64,000 nucleotides of DNA from positions 26,904 through 90,903 of the forward strand of contig JAJTDW010000003.1 of assembly GCA_021298175.1 (NCBI GenBank), written 5' to 3'. This document shows positions 45,624-54,238 of the stretch, piece after piece. This DNA is from Pseudomonadota bacterium. GTDB lineage: Bacteria > Pseudomonadota > Gammaproteobacteria > Burkholderiales > UBA11063. How positions within the stretch are numbered: the first letter of the stretch is position 1; every line of letters starts with the position of its first letter. A program made the position numbers and the translations under genes. Under the pieces are notes generated by a model. That model saw only the letters and a program-made list of their open reading frames with translations, did not search any database and had not been told where the DNA came from.

Positions 45624-45655
45624 ATCATTTAACATCAATTTATAATCCCTCATTA
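45624..45655. repeat. 32-bp direct repeat, copy 2
   Basis: Identical to 42682-42713. Confidence 0.9.
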
Positions 45656-45772
45656 TAATAAATAAAGCATAATTATATCCTCGTTCAACAGCAAATAGTG
45701 TATAATATCAGTAATATGTATAAATTACAATACCTATTTTTAGGTTATATTAATATTTAGGGAGAATTGATT

Positions 45773-46261
45773 ATGCCAAATACAATCTATAGCTTCACAG
45801 CAAATGACACACACGGTAAAGAAATAAATTTTGCTGACCTAAAAGGTAAAGTTCTTCTTATTGTAAATACTGCCAGCAAATGTGGTTTTACCAAGCAATA
45901 TGCAGAGCTAGAAGAGCTACACGAAAAATACCATAACCAAGGCTTAGAAATTATTGCCTTCCCCTGTAATCAATTTGGTGACCAAGAACCAGGGAATGCT
46001 GAAGAAATTCAAAAATTCTGTAATTTGACTTATGGTGTGACCTTTACGCTTATGCAAAAAATTGATGTTAATGGTGAACACACCCATCCTTTATACGCTT
46101 TTCTAAAAAATAAAGCAAAAGGACTCCTAGGTTCTGAAAAAATTAAATGGAATTTTACTAAGTTTTTAATCGGTAAAGATGGAACCTCAATAACTCGATA
46201 TGGCTCACCAAAGAAACCCTTAAGGATGGAAGAGGACATCCTTAAACTACTAAATAACTAG
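45773..46261 (+). CDS. Glutathione peroxidase (BtuE/Gpx family)
   Basis: VNTASKCGFT, FPCNQFG.QEPG, KWNFTKFLI. Confidence 0.93.
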   Translation: MPNTIYSFTANDTHGKEINFADLKGKVLLIVNTASKCGFTKQYAELEELHEKYHNQGLEIIAFPCNQFGDQEPGNAEEIQKFCNLTYGVTFTLMQKIDVNGEHTHPLYAFLKNKAKGLLGSEKIKWNFTKFLIGKDGTSITRYGSPKKPLRMEEDILKLLNN

Positions 46262-46344
46262 AAAAACTTTAACTTAACGACGATGAAGTCTAACGTAACT
46301 ACTTAGCAATAGTAGAATTTAACTGCTCAGATATACAATTATGG

Positions 46345-47184
46345 CTATTCATAATACTTAATATCAATACCTAACTCAGTTACCTTAGAAGCAACTCGTG
46401 CTAAAAAATCTAGGCTTACAGAAGAAATATGCTCACCCTCTGGAAGCATTGGATTTCTGGCTACCGAGTACAATAAAACTCCATTAACCTCGCCCTTAAA
46501 AGGTTTAATAAAATTAATGTATTGTTCAATAAATTCTTGAGTAGGCTCAACCCCATGAGATTGAAACATACAAGTTTGAATATAAGTTTTACATAATTTA
46601 CAGGAAATGCCCAACTTCTTAGCTATGCCGCTTAGGGATAAAGCAACCTGATTAATTTGACTAATTCCAGCCACGCTACCACTATCCACTTTAAACCAAA
46701 CTTCACCGTTATTCTGTGATAACAATGCTACCGCCTGTTGGATGTCATCACGTTCAAACTCACTACCGTTAGTAATTAGAATAGATTTTACGTAATTATC
46801 TAAATTATACTTTTTTCTTAACTTATCTATAATTAAAACAACATCTAAAAACTGCTTAGATACTGTAGACTCACCATTACCAGACAAACAAATATCGTTT
46901 AATCTATCTAATCCAAAAGGCGCATATTCATGTAAAAAACTCGTATTAATAGCTGCATCAAGCATAGAATCTAGCTCAAACTCTAAAATATCTAATTTTA
47001 TATTATCGGGTTTACCACGTTTCAAACCATCAACCTGACAATATATACAACGCCAATTACACGCATTATTTACATTTAGATTTATACCTAATGATATCCC
47101 TTGGCTACGCCTTGATAAAACAGGATATATATAAGTAAAATCCTTGAAGATACGAGAATGATCAGAAAAAGATAATTTTGACAT
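46345..47184 (-). CDS. Radical SAM protein of unknown function
   Basis: YPVLSRRSQGISLGINL, CNWRCIYC, SGNGE, LITNGS. Confidence 0.85.
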   Translation of the reverse strand: MSKLSFSDHSRIFKDFTYIYPVLSRRSQGISLGINLNVNNACNWRCIYCQVDGLKRGKPDNIKLDILEFELDSMLDAAINTSFLHEYAPFGLDRLNDICLSGNGESTVSKQFLDVVLIIDKLRKKYNLDNYVKSILITNGSEFERDDIQQAVALLSQNNGEVWFKVDSGSVAGISQINQVALSLSGIAKKLGISCKLCKTYIQTCMFQSHGVEPTQEFIEQYINFIKPFKGEVNGVLLYSVARNPMLPEGEHISSVSLDFLARVASKVTELGIDIKYYE

Positions 47185-47231
47185 TATTTTCTCAATAAAA
47201 AGCACTGAGTATCCTCAGTGCTTAAAAGATA

Positions 47232-50200
47232 TTATATAAACATAATCGACAACTCACGTACAACAGCTGATAGCATTGATAAATCTAACGTTTTATAGCT
47301 CTGCAATTCATCAAGCATCTCATTAATTTGCCTCACTTTTACAGATTCGTACTTAATCCAAGCAGAAGCAAATTTTAAATCATTGTAGGAAGAGGCATAC
47401 TTAACTGCATGACGAATAAAAGTGCTATATAACATATAACCATCTGCTAATAATGATGAACGTGATAACGCTTGCCACTTATTATGTTCAGGTAAAGCAA
47501 TTAAACTTCTGCGCAACCAATCAATTCTAAGCACTCTACCAATATAGAAGTAATTACTAGCTACAGCACCTAAATCATGATTGGATTCCTGCGCTAAAAT
47601 TGCAACATCCAATAATTGTGGGAAAAAACTGCTTCTAGCCATTAAGGCTGCCAAACTTTCAGGCACTTTGTCATGAATGAATGATGCCTCTAAATCTTTA
47701 ACCATTGAATAACAATTAACTGTCAATAAACTTGGGATTAATGCCAATAAATTTGTTACTGAATCTTTATAATTCACTACCAGTTGTGAAACTAAATCCT
47801 GATTTTTAATATTTCTTAATATCCAACGAGTTAAACGCTCTAAAGATTTTTTTATTCTAATTAGCATTTGTATTTGAACATCAGCACTAATTATATTATC
47901 TAAAGCATCCACTTGTTTTATCATATCCTCTGCCCCAAGCAGTTTATATGCAGCCCAAAATGCTCTAACAATTTGTGGTGCCCCTATGCGCAATTCATCC
48001 TCAAACCTAGATACAAAAGTAATACCCATTCTATTTACAACTAGATTAGCTATCTGATTTGCAATAATTTCTTTGCGTAAATAATGATTATCAATATAAT
48101 CTCTATAGTGAGTTTGTAGATATTTAGGAAAATAATTAACTAGTAATTCATTAAATATTTTATCTTCAACTAAATTAGATGCTGAAATTTCTTTATTTAA
48201 CCTAATTTTAGAATAAGCTAAAATAACTGCCAATTCAGGCATTGTCATTCCAGTACCTAATCGCTGACGCTCTAATATTTCTTGAGAATTAGGCAGAAAC
48301 TCAATTGCACGATCTAATTCGCCACATTTTTCTAGTTTTTCCATAAAATTAATACACGCAGTAAATAACTCTTTTGCACGCTTATCTGCATAGCGTAGAA
48401 TTTGGGTTTGTAAATAATTATCCTGTAATACCAAGTGCCCAACATCCTGAGTCATACTTTCTAAAATTTTATTACGTTCATCTGTACTCATCGAAGTTCT
48501 ATGCATAACATCAGAAAATAAAATCTTAATATTTACTTCATGATCAGAGCAATCAACCCCGGCAGAGTTGTCTATTGCATCAGTACACACAAAGCCACCA
48601 TACTTAGCAAATTCTACCCTGCCTAGTTGAGTTGCCCCTAAATTACCCCCCTCAACAAATACGTTGGCTCTTATTTCGTCACCATTAACCCTGAGCATAT
48701 CATTAGTCTTATCTTTTGCCATATCATTAGACTCAAGGGAAGATTTAATATATGTGCCAATCCCTCCGTTATAAAGCATATCTACATTTAATTTAAGCAA
48801 TTGATTAATTAAATTATTTGGCGTCATCTCTTCTGCATCAACTTTTAATAAAGCCTTAACGGCAATTGATAGCGGTATTGTTTTCAAAGAACGCTCAAAT
48901 ACTCCACCACCTGAAGAAATTTTAGCAATATCATAATCAGACCAACTAGAACGTGGCAGATCAAATAACCGCTGTCTTTCAGCAAATGACTCTGCAGCAT
49001 CTGGGTTTGGATCTAAAAATATATGTTGGTGATTAAATGCAGCAACTAGCCTTATATGTTTTGACAATAACATCCCATTACCAAATACATCTCCAGCCAT
49101 ATCACCAATACCAACAACAGTAAAATCTTCCGCCTGAATATTAATGCCTAAATGACGAAAATGTCGCTTGGCAGATTCCCATGCCCCTCTTGCTGTAATC
49201 CCCATTTTTTTATGGTCATATCCAGCGGACCCACCCGAGGCAAAAGCATCTCCTAACCAAAACCCATACTGCTGCGACAATTGATTAGCATAATCAGAAA
49301 AAGTCGCAGTACCTTTGTCTGCAGCTACAACCAAATATGGGTCATCATCATCATATCTCACTAATCCATGAGGTATTATAATTTTACCTGACACTATATT
49401 ATCGGTTAAATCTAATAATCCACATATAAATGATTGATAGCAAGCCACACCTTCTGCTAAATAAGCATCTCTATTGCTTGCTAAGGGCAACTTCTTGCAT
49501 ATAAAACCACCTTTTGAGCCAGTAGGTACAATTACTGAATTTTTTACAATCTGAGCTTTTACCAAACCTAGAACTTCTGTTCTAAAATCTTCCTTACGAT
49601 CTGACCAACGTATACCACCACGGGATACTTTACCACCACGTAAATGAACCCCCTCAAAGCTCATAGAATATATAAATATTTCATATAAAGGCTTGGGTTT
49701 AGGTAAAAAATCAAGATGCTCAGATTTTAACTTAAAAGAAATATATGGCTTATTTAAACCAGAGTGGTCTAGTTGATAATAATTGGTTCGAAGCATTGCT
49801 TCTATTATAGATAGATAGGATTTTAAAATTTGATCATCATCAATGCTATTAACTTTAGATAACTCTTGAATAATATTTTCTTTAAAATCATTAACTTTAT
49901 TTATATCATGACTTGCAATATTAAATTTGGCATCAAACATTAAAAATAAATCTCGAGCCACTTCTGGATATAAAGTTAGGCTCTCTTTTAAATATTGTTT
50001 AGAAAATGGCAAAGCTGTTTGCGCTATATAATGAGTCATACTTCTTAATAGCACAACCTGATGAAAGTTTAACCCACTGGTTAAAATCAGCTTGTTTAGT
50101 ATATCGTTTTCAACTTCACGATTAAAAGCTGCAACAACAGCATTTTTAAAATTTGCCTCTATTAATGGTTCTTCTAGCTTATGCGCCCATTGCTCTAAAA

Positions 50201-50597
50201 TCAGAACCCCAAAATCACATACATATACAGCATCTTTATTTCCTAATATAATCTTTCTGGGCTGTTCATCTAATAACTTTACCCCAAAATTTTCAATTAA
50301 AGGAAGCCCACGTGATAAGCTAACAGGCTCATTATATCTAAATAATTTAACTTGCCATATGTTTTTGCGATCTCCTTGCCCTTTAGATAAGCTAATTGCA
50401 TATTGATTTGTATCTGACAGTTGATTAATCATTACAATATCATTAGCTATCTCCGTAGTAGAATAATTGTTAAAATAATCATCTGAAAAAACATTAGCGA
50501 ACTTATTATATAAACTCTCTGTACTCTTCTCATCAAACTTAGTCATTAAATCTGCCTTTAACTGTTCAAATACTGCATCCATCTGCAAAGTAGACAT
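47232..50597 (-). CDS. NAD-specific glutamate dehydrogenase, large type, with short N-terminus
   Basis: GVHLRGGKVSRGGIRWSDR.EDFRTEVLGLVKAQ.VKN, GIGDMAGDVFGNGMLLS, TDAIDNSAGVDCSDHEVNIKI. Confidence 0.92.
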   Translation of the reverse strand: MSTLQMDAVFEQLKADLMTKFDEKSTESLYNKFANVFSDDYFNNYSTTEIANDIVMINQLSDTNQYAISLSKGQGDRKNIWQVKLFRYNEPVSLSRGLPLIENFGVKLLDEQPRKIILGNKDAVYVCDFGVLILEQWAHKLEEPLIEANFKNAVVAAFNREVENDILNKLILTSGLNFHQVVLLRSMTHYIAQTALPFSKQYLKESLTLYPEVARDLFLMFDAKFNIASHDINKVNDFKENIIQELSKVNSIDDDQILKSYLSIIEAMLRTNYYQLDHSGLNKPYISFKLKSEHLDFLPKPKPLYEIFIYSMSFEGVHLRGGKVSRGGIRWSDRKEDFRTEVLGLVKAQIVKNSVIVPTGSKGGFICKKLPLASNRDAYLAEGVACYQSFICGLLDLTDNIVSGKIIIPHGLVRYDDDDPYLVVAADKGTATFSDYANQLSQQYGFWLGDAFASGGSAGYDHKKMGITARGAWESAKRHFRHLGINIQAEDFTVVGIGDMAGDVFGNGMLLSKHIRLVAAFNHQHIFLDPNPDAAESFAERQRLFDLPRSSWSDYDIAKISSGGGVFERSLKTIPLSIAVKALLKVDAEEMTPNNLINQLLKLNVDMLYNGGIGTYIKSSLESNDMAKDKTNDMLRVNGDEIRANVFVEGGNLGATQLGRVEFAKYGGFVCTDAIDNSAGVDCSDHEVNIKILFSDVMHRTSMSTDERNKILESMTQDVGHLVLQDNYLQTQILRYADKRAKELFTACINFMEKLEKCGELDRAIEFLPNSQEILERQRLGTGMTMPELAVILAYSKIRLNKEISASNLVEDKIFNELLVNYFPKYLQTHYRDYIDNHYLRKEIIANQIANLVVNRMGITFVSRFEDELRIGAPQIVRAFWAAYKLLGAEDMIKQVDALDNIISADVQIQMLIRIKKSLERLTRWILRNIKNQDLVSQLVVNYKDSVTNLLALIPSLLTVNCYSMVKDLEASFIHDKVPESLAALMARSSFFPQLLDVAILAQESNHDLGAVASNYFYIGRVLRIDWLRRSLIALPEHNKWQALSRSSLLADGYMLYSTFIRHAVKYASSYNDLKFASAWIKYESVKVRQINEMLDELQSYKTLDLSMLSAVVRELSIMFI

Positions 50598-50702
50598 AAC
50601 AATAGTACCCTTAAAAATTTTCAATAGTCCATTATTTTAACACTAAATCCATAGTATAAGCACAAGACAAAGCAATATTTTGTAATAATTTTAATTTTTT
50701 AC

Positions 50703-50732
50703 TTGCATTTTATCCACAACTTGGTATACAAT
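50703..50732 (+). promoter_or_regulatory. Sigma70 promoter of tRNA-Ser with an embedded DnaA-box consensus
   Basis: TTGCAT-N18-TACAAT; TTATCCACA at 50710-50718. Confidence 0.6.
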
Positions 50733-50750
50733 TACTTCCTCAGTCGTTAA

Positions 50751-50840
50751 GGAAGCTTGGCAGAGCGGTTGAATGCAACAGTCTTGAAAACTGTCGAGGG
50801 TGCGAGCCCTCCGTGAGTTCGAATCTCACAGCTTCCGCCA
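50751..50840 (+). tRNA. tRNA-Ser (TGA)
   Basis: GGAAGCT...anticodon loop CTTGAAA, long variable arm, GTTCGAATC, GCCA end; 90 nt. Confidence 0.96.
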
Positions 50841-51158
50841 TTAACGCAAAACTTTGTTTATCCAATCAAGATACTCAACATCCCCACCATCCATTTTTAG
50901 CTTTATTATTTCCACAACCTCATATGGATGAATAGTCTTTACTTTTTGCTCCAATTTAGAATAATTGCTTTCTATACTTTTTGCAAACATTAAGACCTCT
51001 GGAGTTTCATTAAGCTTGTTATCCCACTCATAAATAGACAATGCCCCTGGGATTAAGTTTACACAAGCGCATAATTTATCAGTAACTAGCACTTTTGCAA
51101 TACTTTTTGCAACATTCATATCAGGCGCAGTCATTAAAACCACTATAAAATCATTCAT
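50841..51158 (-). CDS. cutA: Divalent-cation tolerance protein CutA
   Basis: VLMTAPD...AK.IA..LV..KLCACVN, SIYEWDNK, HPYEV.EII. Confidence 0.92.
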   Translation of the reverse strand: MNDFIVVLMTAPDMNVAKSIAKVLVTDKLCACVNLIPGALSIYEWDNKLNETPEVLMFAKSIESNYSKLEQKVKTIHPYEVVEIIKLKMDGGDVEYLDWINKVLR

Positions 51159-51225
51159 TTCACGCAACCTCACTTTAAAAAAACCTCTGTTTTAACACGA
51201 ATTTTAAAATAAATTAAAATATTTC

Positions 51226-51254
51226 TTGACAAACCCACCTCTTTTTGATATAAT
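51226..51254 (+). promoter_or_regulatory. Consensus sigma70 promoter of tRNA-fMet
   Basis: TTGACA-N17-TATAAT, 15 nt before the tRNA. Confidence 0.85.
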
Positions 51255-51269
51255 CACTCCCTAATCAAT

Positions 51270-51346
<77 letters not shown>

Positions 51347-51704
51347 ATTAGCCGTAAGGCTTTCTAATATTCTACAAATTAACTCAAAAATCATTTTATA
51401 CTCTATTTGATTTCCGTATCACTATTTACTATTTATTGGGTACTATAATTATTATTTATAATGTCAGTTTAATTTTTTAACAATTATTATATTTATGTCA
51501 TTAGTCAAATTTGGGAGAAGTCTACACTATAATGTGACCTGAAAATTGATCCACAGATATAGAAATAAATAATTAGGTTAAAAAATCGCTTTGTAATGTT
51601 AACCAAAGATAGCGTTTTGTGTTGTTTTGTGTACATAATTTCATACTTTGTTAAAGAATGAAATTGTAGATCAAATTATTGGTGGATATGGGGTATTGCT
51701 GCTA

Positions 51705-51752
51705 GTAACTACAAAGCAGATGTCGTACGTAACTACAAAGCAGACGTCATAC
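51705..51752. repeat. 24-bp tandem duplication
   Basis: GTAACTACAAAGCAGATGTCGTAC / GTAACTACAAAGCAGACGTCATAC (22/24). Confidence 0.85.
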
Positions 51753-51821
51753 TGAACTCGTTTCAGCCCCCCCTATAAGAAAGATACTGAATTTCATACG
51801 AGTGTGAAATTCAGTATGACG
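51745..51821. repeat. REP-like palindromic doublet downstream of efp
   Basis: 12-bp terminal IR CGTCATACTGAA/TTCAGTATGACG; inner perfect 13-bp stem 51784-51796/51805-51817. Confidence 0.75.
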
Positions 51822-51887
51822 AAACTCAAATATATAATGGTTGCTAAGTAGTTACTATTGCTACCTCACTTGAAAGGTTATGTTTAA

Positions 51888-52463
51888 TTATTTTCCTTCT
51901 TTATAACGCTCTGAGTACTCTCTAGTGGCGGTCTTCAGAACAATCTTTTCTCCAACATTGACAAAAGAAGGTACAACCACACGAATACCAATATCGAGTA
52001 TTGCTGGTTTATCCATCGCTGTAGCTGTAGCCCCTTTGATTTGAGGGTCAGTTTCCACAACAGTACATACAATTGTTGCGGGAAACTCAACTGCAAGAAC
52101 ACTTCCATCAACTAATTTAAGTTTTACATTAATCCCCTCTGATAAAAATACAACATCATTTCCTATTGTATCTGGAGTAACTGTAATTTGGCTATAATCT
52201 TCCATATTCATGAATATGTAATTTTCACCTTCTTTATATAATAAGGAACACTCAAGCTCTTCTGTTGATAAGCGCTCTATCGAATCAGTTGATCTAAATC
52301 CAACCTGAGCTTTTGAACCCGTTTGAATATTTCTCATTTCAGTTTGTATAACTGCACCACCACCAGTCCCTGATTTAACTGTACGTGTGCTTAATACCGC
52401 AAATTGACGACCATCATGCTGAATAATCCAACCTGAACGAAGATCGACTGCTTTTTCTTTCAT
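51888..52463 (-). CDS. efp: Elongation factor P, atypical (Thr33 at the loop tip)
   Basis: DLRSG.II.HDG, LYKEGENYIFMN..DY.Q, VVETDP.IKGATA, KPAIL..G..V.VP.F...GE.I...T....Y.ER. Start at ATG 52463 after AAAGGA. Confidence 0.9.
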   Translation of the reverse strand: MKEKAVDLRSGWIIQHDGRQFAVLSTRTVKSGTGGGAVIQTEMRNIQTGSKAQVGFRSTDSIERLSTEELECSLLYKEGENYIFMNMEDYSQITVTPDTIGNDVVFLSEGINVKLKLVDGSVLAVEFPATIVCTVVETDPQIKGATATAMDKPAILDIGIRVVVPSFVNVGEKIVLKTATREYSERYKEGK

Positions 52464-52552
52464 ATTGAGTTCCTTTTTATTATTGAAAATATTTTGTTTT
52501 GGGCTAATCAAAGCGGAGTGTTTCTATAAATCTTGCTTCAGAAACCGAAGCA

Positions 52553-53311
52553 TTACATAAGAAACTTACTCGATACATTACTATGTTGCAAAATCCATTG
52601 TTGAATTTCATTTGTCTCTTGCTCTGCAAGTAAGTATTGATTTAATGATGTATTAGCATCATGAAATCGATAGCGCAGAATAACATCTGGTAGATTAGTA
52701 GCCATAATATTTTGTGCAAAAACAAGTCTAGCAAATAGATCATAATCAGTACATACTTTATAGTATGAGTTATATCTCAAAGTATTTAATGCTGACTTAC
52801 GAAACATAACACTCGGATTCAGAAATGGCACTCCGTTAAAAAAGCTTTGCTTTAATTCGTCTATTGAGGATGAAGCCAAATAATTTAATCTCACGCTAGA
52901 TCCGTCTGGATAAAATCCATCAGCTTGTCCACCGACAAAACCAAACTCAGAGTTATCTTTTAAAAATTTAACTTGCTGTTCAAATCTAGTTGAAATACAA
53001 ATATCATCCTGATCCATCATAGCGATAAATGTACCTTGTGCGCGGTTAATTCCAATGTTTGAAGCTATAGCTATGCCACTATTTATTTTGCATGGTATCC
53101 AAATAATTCGGTCATCATTATAGCTTGAAACAATATGCTGCAATCTTGAATCATCTTGTGGGCTATCATTTACAATTAAAAACTCAAAATTTGAATAAGT
53201 CTGCTCAAGCACACTCTCAATAGCGTCTCGTAAATAAATTTCATAAGTTTGATAAATTGGCATCACCACACTAAGTTTGGTATTATTATAATTTATAATT
53301 TCACCCCTCAA
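52553..53311 (-). CDS. Glycosyltransferase family 2 (GT-A)
   Basis: LSVVMPIY, AIESVL.QTY.NFEFLIVND, N.GI..A.G.FIAMMDQDD, RFEQQV.FL. Confidence 0.9.
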   Translation of the reverse strand: MRGEIINYNNTKLSVVMPIYQTYEIYLRDAIESVLEQTYSNFEFLIVNDSPQDDSRLQHIVSSYNDDRIIWIPCKINSGIAIASNIGINRAQGTFIAMMDQDDICISTRFEQQVKFLKDNSEFGFVGGQADGFYPDGSSVRLNYLASSSIDELKQSFFNGVPFLNPSVMFRKSALNTLRYNSYYKVCTDYDLFARLVFAQNIMATNLPDVILRYRFHDANTSLNQYLLAEQETNEIQQWILQHSNVSSKFLM

Positions 53312-53465
53312 ACGTTAGCCCTCATTTTAATGTGCAATGGCAACGATCATATGCCCTAACTGAATTCTAAAACATCTAAATTCAATAAGTTTTCTAAATC
53401 ATAGCCCATAATTATAGCCCACCACAAGTATAATCTGCTGATAATTTTAACCATCATGCCGCCCA

Positions 53466-53670
53466 TTTACTAATGAAATGCAACAGTCATTTTTTTGTTA
53501 GTGCGTAGGTTTCTTTTAACTCATTGCGGGTATTTGCTTATAACCTCGTTAGGATTTCTGTAATTAAGTTCTTTTCTAGGTCGATTATTGATAGTGTTTT
53601 GTACCTGTTATATCTCTTCATCAGTAATTGTATCAAGATAATTATTATAATTTCTTCTCAAGTACTCTGT
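53466..53670 (-). mobile_element. IS30-family transposase C-terminal remnant
   Basis: EYLRRNYNNYLDTITDEEI*QVQNTINNRPRKELNYRNPNEVISKYPQ*; in-frame TAA at 53608-53610; followed by IS30-like end GTTGCATTTCATTAG. Confidence 0.75.
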
Positions 53671-53702
53671 ACGGAATTATAGCAGTATTCCAAACCCCTC
53701 AT

Positions 53703-54106
53703 CTACTCAGGATCATGACACACAACCTCTATATTATGCCCATCTGGATCTAAAACAAAAGCACTGTAATAATGTGCATGATAATGCGGTCGTAAACCAG
53801 GCTTACCATTATCAGTTCCACCAGCACTAATAGCATCTGTAAAAAACTCGTTAACTTGATTTCTATTTTTAGCTCTAAACGCTATATGATTCCCAGATTT
53901 ATTCACAGGCTTATGTTCCGTTGCTTCACTAATCCAAAAATCCGCCTTAGCTAAAGACGCCTCACCAAATCCAGCAACATTAGTAGTTTGAGTAATTGCC
54001 TTACTAAATTCCATTAGTTTTATATAAGCAATTGATTTCAGAGCATTCTGATACCACTTACTACTTATATCAAATTACTTACAACAACTCCTGTATGATC
54101 TAACAT
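53703..54106 (-). pseudogene. VOC/glyoxalase family gene with a 1-nt frameshift
   Basis: ATG 54106 gives MLDHTGVVVSN then TAA at codon 14; one added base restores FDISSKWYQNALKSIAYIKLMEF...HIAF...YYSAFVLDPDGHNIEVVCH (134 aa). Confidence 0.8.
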
Positions 54107-54238
54107 AGATAGCCCCTTCAATAATATGCTGATAAATTACAACAACCATCTAGTCATGATGATATGTTTATACCAGTTCCAGATTTAATTAGACTAACAG
54201 CTGAGCAACGCCGTTTACTCTAGTGAATAATGGCTGGT

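Noticed and set aside
51350-51700. Possible oriC (AT-rich spacer with TGATCCACA at 51547-51555)
   Set aside because: Only one near-consensus DnaA box, no clustered boxes or unwinding-element repeats, and no dnaA, gidA or parA neighbours.
51705-51821. Possible mini-CRISPR
   Set aside because: The two 24-mers are directly adjacent with no spacer, and there are no cas genes.
53364-53458. Short minus-strand ORF MMVKIISRLYLWWAIIMGYDLENLLNLDVLEFS (approximate coordinates)
   Set aside because: About 33 codons, no family resemblance, no clear RBS.
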